Shown here piece by piece: positions 40,068-49,090 of a stretch of 64,000 bases of DNA (position 1 is the stretch's first letter; each line of letters starts with the position of its first letter). The stretch lies in contig JBGSQF010000006.1 in NCBI GenBank assembly GCA_041738235.1, forward strand, positions 18,261-82,260, in the 5' to 3' direction. The DNA is from Minisyncoccia bacterium (lineage in GTDB: Bacteria; Patescibacteriota; Minisyncoccia; Moranbacterales; GCA-2747515). Position numbers and translations under genes: made by a program. The notes below the pieces were generated by a model that was not told where the DNA came from, ran no database searches, and saw only the letters and a list, made by a program, of their open reading frames with translations.

Positions 40068-41417
40068 ATGGCCAAGAAATCCGAACTTCGCGTTCCTCCT
40101 CATAACCTAGAAGCTGAACAATCCGTTCTCGGCGCTTTAATGCTCGATAAAGAAGCAGTTACCCGAGTAGCCGACATTCTCCGTAAAGAAGACTTTTATA
40201 AAGATGCACATGGTCTCATATACCAAGCCATGCTTGATCTTTATGAAGAACGCGAACCGATCGACGTCTTGAGCGTTTCTAATAAGCTTGAAGAAAAAAA
40301 GATTCTTGATAAGATCGGCGGATCGGGCTATCTCGCCTCACTCGTTAGTCAAACCCCTTCCGCACAAAACATCATCCACTACGCTCGTCTCACACAGAAG
40401 AAAGCCACATTGCGCCGACTCATTCAAGTTGCCAATGAGATCGGTGAGTTAGGATACAAAGAAGCCGAGGACCTTCAGGACACACTTGATAGCGCCGAAC
40501 AAAAACTTTTTCAGATCTCACAAAAATACGTCAAAAAAGATTTCACTCCGATCAAGTCGATTTTGGAAGAAGCCTTTAACCGTATCGACGAGCTCCATAA
40601 AAGCGGTCATGATCTTCGTGGGGTACCTTCCGGATTCTCCGACCTCGATGCGATCCTGGCAGGATTTCAAAAATCAGATCTCGTCATTCTTGCCGCACGT
40701 CCCTCCATTGGAAAAACTACGCTAGCGCTAGACTTTGCTCGCCTCGTAGGAAAAGTTGCCAAAGTGCCTGTCGGGGTCTTTTCTCTAGAAATGTCCTCGG
40801 ACCAGCTCGTAGACAGGATGATCGCCGCCGAGGCCGGGATCGATCTCTGGAAACTCCGAACAGGAAAACTCAAAACAGGGTCCGATTCTGATGACTTCCA
40901 GAAGATCGGCGTTGCCATGGGAACTCTCAGTGAAGCCCCTATATTTATTGACGACACGTCAAGCGCAAACATCATGCAACTTCGCACTCTAGCGCGACGC
41001 CTCCAATCAGAACACAATCTCGGCATGATCATCATTGACTATCTCCAGCTTATGGAGGGACGCTCCAAAGAGAATCGCGTACAGGAAATCTCGGAGATCT
41101 CCAGAGGTCTCAAAAATCTTGCCAAAGAGCTCAACATCCCCGTTCTGGCCCTTTCCCAGCTTTCTCGTGGTGTAGAAAACCGAACCGACCAAGTGCCTAA
41201 ACTTTCCGACCTTCGTGAATCGGGATCGATCGAACAGGACGCCGATGTGGTGATGTTTCTCTATCGTGAAGACCGCTACAAGCCAGACTCTCCGAATAAA
41301 AACATTGTCGACCTGATTATCGCCAAGCACCGTAATGGTCCGCTGGGGAAAGTCTCTCTTTTCTTTGACGAAGCCTCCACAACTTTTCGACAACTTGAAC
41401 GTGTACATGCGGAATAA
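40068..41417 (+). CDS. dnaB: Replicative DNA helicase DnaB
   Basis: N-terminal PHNLEAEQSVLGALML, Walker A AARPSIGKTTLAL, RecA-like C-terminal domain. Confidence 0.9.
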   Translation: MAKKSELRVPPHNLEAEQSVLGALMLDKEAVTRVADILRKEDFYKDAHGLIYQAMLDLYEEREPIDVLSVSNKLEEKKILDKIGGSGYLASLVSQTPSAQNIIHYARLTQKKATLRRLIQVANEIGELGYKEAEDLQDTLDSAEQKLFQISQKYVKKDFTPIKSILEEAFNRIDELHKSGHDLRGVPSGFSDLDAILAGFQKSDLVILAARPSIGKTTLALDFARLVGKVAKVPVGVFSLEMSSDQLVDRMIAAEAGIDLWKLRTGKLKTGSDSDDFQKIGVAMGTLSEAPIFIDDTSSANIMQLRTLARRLQSEHNLGMIIIDYLQLMEGRSKENRVQEISEISRGLKNLAKELNIPVLALSQLSRGVENRTDQVPKLSDLRESGSIEQDADVVMFLYREDRYKPDSPNKNIVDLIIAKHRNGPLGKVSLFFDEASTTFRQLERVHAE

Positions 41418-41423
41418 GTTCAC

Positions 41424-42041
41424 ATGGACTTCTCAAAACACATATTAAAATCTATGCATTATCCCAGACCTTTTGCCAATCTCATTAAACACTTCTCCGC
41501 TCTTCCCTCCATAGGACCGAAAATGGCAGAACGCCTCGTATTGTATCTCTTCAAGCAAAATCCGGAATCTTTGCGTGATTTTTCTGAAAACCTCCAGAAA
41601 CTCACACATCTCAACTCTTGTAAAGCATGTCACAACATTTGCGAGAACGATATCTGTTTGTACTGTCAAGATACCAAAAGGGATGCCTCGGTTATTGCCG
41701 TAGTAGAAGACGCCCTTGATATCATTGCCTTAGAGCGAACAGGCATATTTCATGGACGATACCATGTCCTTGGTGGAACACTTGGGCCTATCCGAAAACA
41801 AGAAGAAGATACCTTCACTCTTTCGTCCCTCATTAAACGCATCGAAGAAGAACACATTCAAGAAGTGATCCTTGCTTTCAACCCAACCATAGAAGGCGAT
41901 ATGACTGCGCTTTACCTCAAACAAAAGATCACGCCTCTTGGTGTTACGGTAACACGACTCGCTCGCGGACTGGCCACCGGTGGAGATATTGAGTACGCCG
42001 ATGAAGAATCCCTTGCTTCAGCAATAACCAATAGAAAATAG
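41424..42041 (+). CDS. recR: Recombination protein RecR
   Basis: Zn finger CKACHNICENDICLYC plus Toprim region VIAVVEDALDI. Confidence 0.85.
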   Translation: MDFSKHILKSMHYPRPFANLIKHFSALPSIGPKMAERLVLYLFKQNPESLRDFSENLQKLTHLNSCKACHNICENDICLYCQDTKRDASVIAVVEDALDIIALERTGIFHGRYHVLGGTLGPIRKQEEDTFTLSSLIKRIEEEHIQEVILAFNPTIEGDMTALYLKQKITPLGVTVTRLARGLATGGDIEYADEESLASAITNRK

Positions 42042-42075
42042 ATCGCACTCTTCCCATTAAATTTAAAAAATACCT

Positions 42076-42303
42076 ATGTTTGAAAAATGGCTCAAAAAAA
42101 CTTCACAAGAAGGTCAAATACAAGATACGACATCTGGTCCTGCCCCCTCTCAAGAGATCTCGGACCAAGATCGTACACAAACACCCATAAAAACACCAAC
42201 AGACCCGCATGCCGTACGCGATTATAAAGACCTCTCACCAGAAGAAAGGGAGAAACTCAAACAAATAGCGATCAATATCCAAAAGAAAATGAGAGAAAAC
42301 TAA
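42076..42303 (+). CDS. Small (75 aa) hydrophilic protein, unknown
   Basis: ORF downstream of recR, followed by a terminator; no recognisable domain. Confidence 0.35.
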   Translation: MFEKWLKKTSQEGQIQDTTSGPAPSQEISDQDRTQTPIKTPTDPHAVRDYKDLSPEEREKLKQIAINIQKKMREN

Positions 42304-42310
42304 TGAACTA

Positions 42311-42338
42311 AAAACAGCGGACAAGCCGCTGTTTTTTT
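42311..42338. terminator. Intrinsic terminator (bidirectional position between recR operon and rplU)
   Basis: aaaa-CAGCGG-acaag-CCGCTG-ttttttt. Confidence 0.55.
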
Positions 42339-42371
42339 ATTTCCAAGAGTATGAGACTTAACCAAGAAAAA

Positions 42372-42680
42372 TTAAGCAACCTTAGTGATCTCTACTTCAG
42401 TAAACATCTGACGATGGCCAAAAGTAACCTTGTATCTCTTTTTTGCCTTGTGCTTTATGCCAGTTACCTTCTTCGCCCGTCCCTGACCCTTTATCTTACC
42501 CTCTACAACCGTTTTTCCAAGACCCTTTGCATCAATCTTAGCAGAAGTGTCATCCCCAGCAAAAAGGACCCTATCAAAAGTAACCACCGACCCCTCTTCT
42601 CCCAAAAGTTTCTCGACGCGGATCACATCGCCCTTACTTACCAAATATTGTTTTCCCCCAGTAAAAATAATAGCATGCAT
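42372..42680 (-). CDS. rplU: 50S ribosomal protein L21
   Basis: MHAIIFTGGKQYLVSKGDVIRVEKL.. and GHRQMFTEVEITKV match the L21 consensus. Confidence 0.85.
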   Translation of the reverse strand: MHAIIFTGGKQYLVSKGDVIRVEKLLGEEGSVVTFDRVLFAGDDTSAKIDAKGLGKTVVEGKIKGQGRAKKVTGIKHKAKKRYKVTFGHRQMFTEVEITKVA

Positions 42681-42863
42681 ATGTATAATCGATATTTAAA
42701 CAAAAAACGTTTTTCTACGTCTCCTGGATTATAAAGACAAATAAGGAAAAAGTCAACAGCCAAGAATAAAAAACCAATACCCCTACAAATAGCACGGTTT
42801 CCCACAACTAAAAGTAAAGGTGCCAGATCCGATCCAGCCATTCACATTTTATAACCTACCTTG

Positions 42864-42934
42864 CAGGAGTGGAAGGAATCGGACCCTCGTATCAGGTTTT
42901 GGAGACCTGCGTTCTACCACTGAACTACACTCCC
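42864..42934 (-). tRNA. tRNA-Trp (anticodon CCA)
   Basis: Minus-strand cloverleaf: acceptor gggagtg/cactcct, anticodon stem caggt/acctg, loop ctCCAaa, discriminator G. Confidence 0.9.
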
Positions 42935-43040
42935 ATATGCACAACTCAATCCTATGAAAAAAGCACTCTTCTACTATACACAATTTTCTTCCAAAGAAAA
43001 AGAGGGTGCGCGATCTAGCAACCTCTTTTCTCAAGAAAGA

Positions 43041-43205
43041 CTACTTTACCTCTCGAAACTCCACATGAGACCGAGTAAGAGGACAATATCTTTTTTGCAC
43101 TAACTTCACTTGTATCTTTTTCTTATTCCGCTTTGTAAAATAGGTAATTCCAGGACAGTCCTTACTTCGAAGCTTGACCAACCTTTCTTTATACTTTGTT
43201 GCCAT
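43041..43205 (-). CDS. rpmG: 50S ribosomal protein L33 (54 aa; absent from the ORF track because it is under 60 aa)
   Basis: Translation MATKYKERLVKLRSKDCPGITYFTKRNKKKIQVKLVQKRYCPLTRSHVEFREVK; the C-terminus Y.P..R.HV.F.E.K matches L33 (E. coli ..KFDPVVRQHVIYKEAK). Confidence 0.75.
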   Translation of the reverse strand: MATKYKERLVKLRSKDCPGITYFTKRNKKKIQVKLVQKRYCPLTRSHVEFREVK

Positions 43206-43370
43206 ACTCTCTTACGTTAAAACAGCTTATTACACACTTCTGCCTCTTCTTCTCAAAGGGGAAAATCCAAAACCTTTCCCCAACGATACCCGAACAAAAG
43301 AGAAAAGTCAAGAAAACGATTCGTAGACTAGTCAAAAAAATTCTTCACAAAAAACCATCTGCGATATATG

Positions 43371-43443
43371 AGCCGAGATCGGGAATCGAACCCGAGACCT
43401 CATCCTTACCATGGATGCGCTCTACCGACTGAGCTATCTCGGC
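43371..43443 (-). tRNA. tRNA-Thr (anticodon GGT)
   Basis: Acceptor gccgaga/tctcggc, anticodon stem catcc/ggatg, loop atGGTaa. Confidence 0.9.
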
Positions 43444-43499
43444 ATTTAAAACACCGCACAACCTCCTTTATAAAAGGTTGAGAAGCAAAAGGATCTCTG

Positions 43500-43582
43500 T
43501 GGGCAGGGAGGGATTCGAACCCCCGTAGACCGAAGTCGGCAGATTTACAGTCTGCTGCGATTGACCGCTCCGCCACCTACCC
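43500..43582 (-). tRNA. tRNA-Tyr (anticodon GTA), long variable arm
   Basis: Acceptor gggtagg/cctgccc, anticodon stem gcaga/tctgc, loop ctGTAaa, 14-nt variable arm, T-loop ttcgaat. Confidence 0.9.
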
Positions 43583-43667
43583 ATTCATACAACTCTCTTT
43601 CTACACTATTTTCCTCCTTTGGGCAAATATGCCACCACATCATCACCAAATACCCGTTACTTTTCTG

Positions 43668-43740
43668 AGCCATCTGTCGGGCTCGAACCGACGACCTGCG
43701 GTTTACAAAACCGCTGCTCTACCAACTGAGCTAAGATGGC
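43668..43740 (-). tRNA. tRNA-Thr (anticodon TGT)
   Basis: Acceptor gccatct/agatggc, anticodon stem gcggt/accgc, loop ttTGTaa. Confidence 0.9.
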
Positions 43741-43745
43741 TTTAA

Positions 43746-44513
43746 TCACCTCCCAGATAAACTTTTTTCAACTCGACGCATTCGAAACCGGGCTCTACGA
43801 CTCAACGGACTCAAACGGAGCACTTGTTTAAAACACTCTTTTGCATCACTGAGGTTCCCATTTTCCATATAATAATCCCCTAAACGCTCGTATGCTTCAA
43901 CATCCCTTGGGTTCAACGCAATACGCTCTATGAGAACTTGCTCATATCGATCCTTCTCGTCCTTCTTTTGAGGAAGCGTCACTTCATCACTGATCATTGG
44001 GCGCCCTTTGAAATATTCTCTCTTACGACGTTTTGCTATTTTATCACGAGGTGAAACTACTGCCTCGACCGATATTTCACGCAATCCTTTCCTTTCCGAA
44101 TTTTGGCCTACCACAGAAGAAACTCCAAAAACCTGATCCCCCTGCTCCATCTTAGGAAATTTTACCTCTCGGACAGCGCCTCTATGCAAGGCACGTTCGA
44201 CCACAATATTCTTCAGCCACATAAAGAAGGACCTAACGACCTGGATGACCAGCATACCCAAGGACGGCTTCTGGAGGATATCTTCTTGCTCTTGCACACT
44301 CACTTCACTCTGTTTTCTTTTGGGAGGTGTTATTACCTGAAATATATTTTTTTCTCCCAAGTGAAACCGCGTACCACTGCGCTTCTTCAAAAATAACCAA
44401 ACTAAAAAGGCAACACAGCAGACAACACCGATAGGAGGAAGAATAAGTGAAAGCATAGGGTCATTAGAACTTGTTTGGAATCTTACCACATGACAAACTG
44501 ATACACCAGCCAT
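43746..44513 (-). CDS. Membrane-anchored protein with C-terminal TPR-like repeats
   Basis: TM LILPPIGVVCCVAFLVWLFL; C-terminal VEAYERLGDYYMENGNLSDAKECFKQVLRLSP is TPR-like. Confidence 0.45.
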   Translation of the reverse strand: MAGVSVCHVVRFQTSSNDPMLSLILPPIGVVCCVAFLVWLFLKKRSGTRFHLGEKNIFQVITPPKRKQSEVSVQEQEDILQKPSLGMLVIQVVRSFFMWLKNIVVERALHRGAVREVKFPKMEQGDQVFGVSSVVGQNSERKGLREISVEAVVSPRDKIAKRRKREYFKGRPMISDEVTLPQKKDEKDRYEQVLIERIALNPRDVEAYERLGDYYMENGNLSDAKECFKQVLRLSPLSRRARFRMRRVEKSLSGR

Positions 44514-44568
44514 TCAATCAAACACAAGAACCTCTCACTAAAAATCTGATTCAAACGAACCTTATGAT

Positions 44569-45153
44569 CTAGATCTCAAAACGCTCGAAAGAACCGATTT
44601 GGATGTTCTCTCCAATACGTGCGATAAACTCTGTCACCACCTCACGGACAGTCTTGCTGGGATCCTTTACAAATGGTTGTGTCAAAAGAGCTACTTCTTC
44701 ACGATACTTCTTTTCTTTTCCAATAAGTATGGTATCTACGATATTTTCGGGCTTTCCTTCAGCGGCAAGCTGTTCACGCCATATTATCTTTTCTTTTTCC
44801 ACGAGATCCAAAGAAACCTCCTCCGGATCCAAATATTTGGGATCAGATGCAGCAATATGCATAGCAATATCTTTCGAAAATCCAAGGAAGTCTTCATTTC
44901 GAGCAACGAAATCCGTTTCACAAAAGATCTTAACCATTACGCCGATCTTTCCATTCGTATGAATATATGAGCCGATCACACCCTCTTTCGCCTCTCGGTC
45001 TGATTTTTTAAGTGCCTTATCTTGCCCTCGTTTTTTCAACAATTCAAGTGCTTTTACTTCATCCCCTCCCGCTTCATCAAGAGCCTTTTTTACATCCACC
45101 ACTCCGGCACCAGTGCGTTCACGAATCTTTTTTATTTGTTCAAGCGTGCTCAT
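44569..45153 (-). CDS. tsf: Elongation factor Ts (short form)
   Basis: MSTLEQIKKIRERTGAGVVDVKKALDEAGGDEVKALELLKKRG is the UBA-like N-terminus of EF-Ts. Confidence 0.85.
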   Translation of the reverse strand: MSTLEQIKKIRERTGAGVVDVKKALDEAGGDEVKALELLKKRGQDKALKKSDREAKEGVIGSYIHTNGKIGVMVKIFCETDFVARNEDFLGFSKDIAMHIAASDPKYLDPEEVSLDLVEKEKIIWREQLAAEGKPENIVDTILIGKEKKYREEVALLTQPFVKDPSKTVREVVTEFIARIGENIQIGSFERFEI

Positions 45154-45180
45154 ATAGCATGTTTTGAATGAATTTAATGT

Positions 45181-45969
45181 TTATTTCTCGTCAGCAACAA
45201 CGGTAGTTGTTGTGGCAACAAGGCAAGCTTTGCAAATATGCCCCAAAAGGTATTTCAAGGAAGAGATCGCGTCATTGTTAGCAGGTATCACATAATCCAC
45301 CGACAAAGGACTATCGTTCGTATCCACAAAGGCAATGACCGGAATGCCCATCTTCTTGGCCTCATGAATAGCAATGACGTCATTTTTTATATCAGCCACA
45401 AATATTGCAGCAGGAAGTTCTTTCATCTTTCGTAGTCCTCCTACCTTTCTCTCCAATTTCTCAGCTTCTTCGGCCTTCTTCATCTGTTCAAATTTGGTGT
45501 AATGATTGAATTCTCCTGCCGCGATCTTCTGTTCGAGCTCCTCCATATGTCGCACTCGACGACGGATCACATCAAAGTTTGTAAAGGTTCCTCCAAGCCA
45601 ACGCTCAGTAATATATGGCGACTCACATTTTTCAGCGGCAGAACGTACCAACATATGAGCGTGCTTCTTCGTTCCCACAAAGAGAAGTACTTTCTTCTCG
45701 CGAACGATAGATGCAATAAATTCAAGCGCTTCCTCCAAGCGATCTTTAGTTTTCTTCAGATCGATCAGGGCGAGATCTCCCCGATAAGTATATACATACT
45801 CTTCCATCATAGGATCCCTTCTGGACTTCTTGTGTCCATAATGCACCCCAGCCTTAAAAAGTCCCTCGAGAGTAAGCTCCCATTTTGTGACGTCTTCAGT
45901 TGAAAAATAGTCAACCGGAACACTTTTTACGGACTTCTTTTTTTCCGCATCCTTTTTCTCTTCCTGCAT
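45181..45969 (-). CDS. rpsB: 30S ribosomal protein S2
   Basis: LFKAGVHYGHKKSRRDPMM, IFVADIKNDVIAIHEAKKMGIPVIAFVDTN; EF-Ts downstream, the canonical rpsB-tsf pair. Confidence 0.85.
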   Translation of the reverse strand: MQEEKKDAEKKKSVKSVPVDYFSTEDVTKWELTLEGLFKAGVHYGHKKSRRDPMMEEYVYTYRGDLALIDLKKTKDRLEEALEFIASIVREKKVLLFVGTKKHAHMLVRSAAEKCESPYITERWLGGTFTNFDVIRRRVRHMEELEQKIAAGEFNHYTKFEQMKKAEEAEKLERKVGGLRKMKELPAAIFVADIKNDVIAIHEAKKMGIPVIAFVDTNDSPLSVDYVIPANNDAISSLKYLLGHICKACLVATTTTVVADEK

Positions 45970-46204
45970 ATGTTTATAATTACCTTATTATCACCTCCTT
46001 TATGTAATAAATCCTTTCTCAAAAAACGAAACTGGCGGTTTCGTCAGGTAGAGAGAAAGGTCAATAAAGAATGTTTTCCCCAAATAGGGATACGAGAAGT
46101 ATACTGGAGCATTCCCCTCTTGTCAATTTTAATTCCCCGTGCTATGCTCTTTCTACGCCCAACTGCGGACGTTGTTTGTTTTTATTTATTCTAACCATCC
46201 CGTT

Positions 46205-46525
46205 ATGAAAAAAGAGATCCACCCAAAATATTTTGAAAAGGCTGAGATGCATTGTTCTTGCGGCGCCGTCTTTGTGACCGGATCTACAGAAGAAACCCTT
46301 CATATTGAAATATGCTCACAATGTCACCCTTTTTATACCGGAAAAAAGAAAGTTGTTGATACACTCGGACGCGTAGATAGGTTCAAGCGAATGACAGAAA
46401 GAGCTGATAAAAAACGCGCTGAAACAGAAAAAACCAAGGAAAATAAGAAAAAACGAGCCACCAAGAAGGAAGAAGTGGAAACACCTAAAAAAACTTCCCC
46501 GAAAAAACCCGCATCAAAAAAATAA
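46205..46525 (+). CDS. rpmE: 50S ribosomal protein L31 with Lys-rich C-terminal tail
   Basis: [50 protein letters not shown] is an L31 core; an extra KK-rich tail of about 45 aa follows. The ORF track starts at 46139, but the L31 Met is at 46205. Confidence 0.8.
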   Translation: MKKEIHPKYFEKAEMHCSCGAVFVTGSTEETLHIEICSQCHPFYTGKKKVVDTLGRVDRFKRMTERADKKRAETEKTKENKKKRATKKEEVETPKKTSPKKPASKK

Positions 46526-46537
46526 CGGGACTTTCAA

Positions 46538-46566
46538 GAAAACCGGTTCCCTGCCGGTTTTTTTAT
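46538..46566 (+). terminator. Intrinsic terminator after rpmE
   Basis: AACCGG-ttccctg-CCGGTT-tttttat. Confidence 0.55.
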
Positions 46567-46625
46567 CCCCTTTTATTTCGTTCTTTGTTCTAAGCTCAAA
46601 ACCAATCTTGTAAATTCCCCATGTT

Positions 46626-47696
46626 ATGCACGTTATCATTGAATCACTCAAAAAAGAATACTCTGATCTTGATAAACAACTCACCTCCCCTGAGGTGGTT
46701 TCACAACCTCAGGAACTCAAGCGAATCGGGCAACGGAAGGCCGAACTTGAGGCCATTTTTACAATATCCGACCAACTCGACAAGGTACGGCTACAAATGC
46801 AAGGAAACGCGGAGATCCTCAACACGGAAAATGATGAGGAACTAAAAACCATGGCGCTTGAAGAGAATATTACCCTCGTACAAAACGAAACAAGACTCGA
46901 GCAGGAACTCAAGATCGCACTCCTTCCCAAAAACCCCAACGATGAAAAAGATGTTATTGTGGAGATCCGAGCTGGGGCCGGTGGGGATGAATCAGCACTC
47001 TTTGCCGCCGATCTGTTCCGTATGTATGCACGTTTTGCCGAACGAAAAAATTGGAAATCCAGCATTCTTCATTCACATGGAAATGGGCTCGGCGGTTACA
47101 AAGAGATCATCTTCGAGATCCACGGGGAAAATGTCTATCAAACCATGAAATACGAATCAGGTGTCCACCGCGTACAACGCATTCCTGAGACTGAAAAATC
47201 GGGACGTATCCATACGTCAACAGCTACCGTCGCTATTCTGCCAAAAGCAGAAGAGATCGACATTGCTGTCGACCCCAAGGATGTCCGTATCGATACCTTT
47301 TGTTCTTCGGGTCCTGGTGGACAATCCGTCAATACTACCTACTCTGCCGTTCGACTCACGCACGTTCCCTCAGGACTGGTTGTATCTTGCCAAGACGAGA
47401 AGTCTCAGATCAAAAATAAAGAAAAGGCCTTCACCGTCCTACGATCACGCCTACTCCAACTTGAAGAAGATCGTCGCGCCAAAGAACTTGGTGACGCGCG
47501 CCTGGGACAGATCGGCACGGGAGATCGGAGCGAAAAGATCCGCACCTATAATTTTCCCCAGGATCGCATTACCGACCATCGCATCAAACAGTCTTGGAGT
47601 GGCATTCCCGATAAACTCGATGGGAACATTGATACCCTTCTTGAGGCACTTCGGGAAGAGGATATGAAACTGCAACTCGAAAAGAAAGAAAAATAA
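46626..47696 (+). CDS. prfA: Peptide chain release factor 1
   Basis: GGQ motif ([11 protein letters not shown]) and RF1-type region [23 protein letters not shown] (PxT / RIHTS). Confidence 0.85.
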   Translation: MHVIIESLKKEYSDLDKQLTSPEVVSQPQELKRIGQRKAELEAIFTISDQLDKVRLQMQGNAEILNTENDEELKTMALEENITLVQNETRLEQELKIALLPKNPNDEKDVIVEIRAGAGGDESALFAADLFRMYARFAERKNWKSSILHSHGNGLGGYKEIIFEIHGENVYQTMKYESGVHRVQRIPETEKSGRIHTSTATVAILPKAEEIDIAVDPKDVRIDTFCSSGPGGQSVNTTYSAVRLTHVPSGLVVSCQDEKSQIKNKEKAFTVLRSRLLQLEEDRRAKELGDARLGQIGTGDRSEKIRTYNFPQDRITDHRIKQSWSGIPDKLDGNIDTLLEALREEDMKLQLEKKEK

Positions 47697-47726
47697 CGTC
47701 TATTGCTTTCCCATTAAGACAAAAAA

Positions 47727-48050
47727 AATCGGCGACACATCCCTGTGTATCGCGCGATTCCCTGCACAACTGCATCCTCACCGCATCCTCCTTGCGATGA
47801 GCCTCACAGCAGCGCACCCACCATTGATCTCCGAAGAAAGAAATGGATATCCATCCATCCCACTTCCCCGTTTGAGTGCATAGGTCCTGGGCCCAATCTT
47901 GACCCGAAGGCCAACCCCATTGATACGGGCTTCCACGATGCGCCCGTGGATACGAATTTCCCTCCTGGGAACAAGCGTGATGCACTCGATGGTGCAAAAA
48001 AATCTGCGTGGTTTACACACAATTTAGCTCCTCTGGTGGTTTCGGAAATT
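47727..48050 (-). other. GC-rich antisense transcription unit between prfA and prmC (possible small basic protein, GTG start 48020 to stop 47778, or structured RNA)
   Basis: Minus-strand promoter TTGACT-16-TATCAT at 48057-48084; an RNA-sense GC hairpin followed by a U-run ends near 47727; GC about 53% against about 40% genome-wide. Confidence 0.3.
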
Positions 48051-48056
48051 TTAAGA

Positions 48057-48084
48057 ATGATACAACATTGGTATTTAAAGTCAA
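48057..48084 (-). promoter_or_regulatory. Sigma-70-like promoter (TTGACT-16 nt-TATCAT) reading antisense into the prfA-prmC spacer
   Basis: -35 at 48079-48084 and -10 at 48057-48062 on the minus strand. Confidence 0.35.
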
Positions 48085-48993
48085 ATGTCCACTATTTACA
48101 CCCTTACTAAAAACCTGCGAGAAGCTTCAACCGTTGAGTCGGCCGACGTTGTATTGATCCTTTCTTTTATTCTCAAAAGACCAAAAGAGTATATCCTCGC
48201 GCACCCGGAACACGAACTCTCAAAAGAAGAACAGAAAAAACTTCAACAGCTCCTGGAAAGACGCGGATCAGGAGAGCCCCTCGCATACATCTTTGGAAAA
48301 AAAGAGTTCTTTGGAAAGGACTTTCGGGTCACGCCCGATACCCTCATCCCACGACCAGAGACAGAACTGCTTGTGGAAGAAACGGTGGAGCACCTTCTAA
48401 AGAACGAGAATAAAAAAACAATTCTTGTCGATGTTGGAACAGGATCAGGATGCATCATCGCATCAGTCGTTAGTCAGCTAAGAAAATTAAATTCTACATT
48501 ACTCCAAGATATTAAATTCTATGGTCTTGATATTTCCAAGCAATCACTCGACATCGCAATAAAAAATGCGAAGTGCCATAACGTTTTAAGTAACATTGTT
48601 TTTCTCCGATCAAATCTTTTGGAATATCTTTTGCATCACCCATCCTTGATCAAAGATCATACATCACTCATTGTTGTTGCAAATCTTCCTTACGTTCCTT
48701 CTGCATACCTCCAACAGAAAAAAACAAAACTCACGAAAGGGCTTTCTTTTGAACCATCGCTCGCACTCGATGGTGGCAAGGATGGTTTCGATCTCTATCG
48801 ATCACTTCTCGATCAAATTCGATCACTTCGAAAGTTACATTCACACATCATCATTCACTGTTTATTTGAAATAGGGAATGATCAAAAATTAACCTCCAAA
48901 AAAAATATTACAAGCGTATTTCCCCACATCAAAATCAGTTCTAAAAAAGATCTCTCAGGACAGATACGCATGATAAAATTTTCCTTAGATTAA
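48085..48993 (+). CDS. prmC: Release-factor glutamine N5-methyltransferase PrmC/HemK-like
   Basis: SAM motif VDVGTGSGCI; motif IV reads NLPY (VVANLPYVPS) rather than the canonical NPPY; lies downstream of prfA. Confidence 0.7.
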   Translation: MSTIYTLTKNLREASTVESADVVLILSFILKRPKEYILAHPEHELSKEEQKKLQQLLERRGSGEPLAYIFGKKEFFGKDFRVTPDTLIPRPETELLVEETVEHLLKNENKKTILVDVGTGSGCIIASVVSQLRKLNSTLLQDIKFYGLDISKQSLDIAIKNAKCHNVLSNIVFLRSNLLEYLLHHPSLIKDHTSLIVVANLPYVPSAYLQQKKTKLTKGLSFEPSLALDGGKDGFDLYRSLLDQIRSLRKLHSHIIIHCLFEIGNDQKLTSKKNITSVFPHIKISSKKDLSGQIRMIKFSLD

Positions 48994-49011
48994 AGTAAAA
49001 ATACAACATAA

Positions 49012-49045
49012 AACAAAAGCTCCGGAGTTCCGGAGCTTTTGTTTT
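49012..49045. terminator. Bidirectional intrinsic terminator (palindromic)
   Basis: aaaa-GCTCCGG-agtt-CCGGAGC-ttttgtttt, between the convergent prmC and the small Lys-rich gene. Confidence 0.6.
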
Positions 49046-49090
49046 ATATCGAAATCAAAAGAGCTTTTTGTATTGTTTTTCAAGACAAAA

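Noticed and set aside
42638-43034. Minus-strand ORFs 42638-42841 and 42849-43034
   Set aside because: The first overlaps the genuine rplU start and the rplU upstream region. The second is the tRNA-Trp gene plus flanks read as protein.
47697-48084. Candidate RNase P RNA, tmRNA or SRP RNA in the GC-rich spacer
   Set aside because: I scanned both orientations for the P4 core (AGTCCGG, ACAGAAC) and for tmRNA 5-prime and 3-prime tRNA-like ends. Nothing convincing was found. Kept only as an unclassified antisense unit.
47745-48110. 121-aa plus-strand ORF in the prfA-prmC spacer
   Set aside because: It overlaps the prmC start and has Pro/His-rich low-complexity composition. The spacer is better explained as an antisense unit, though coding on either strand is not excluded.
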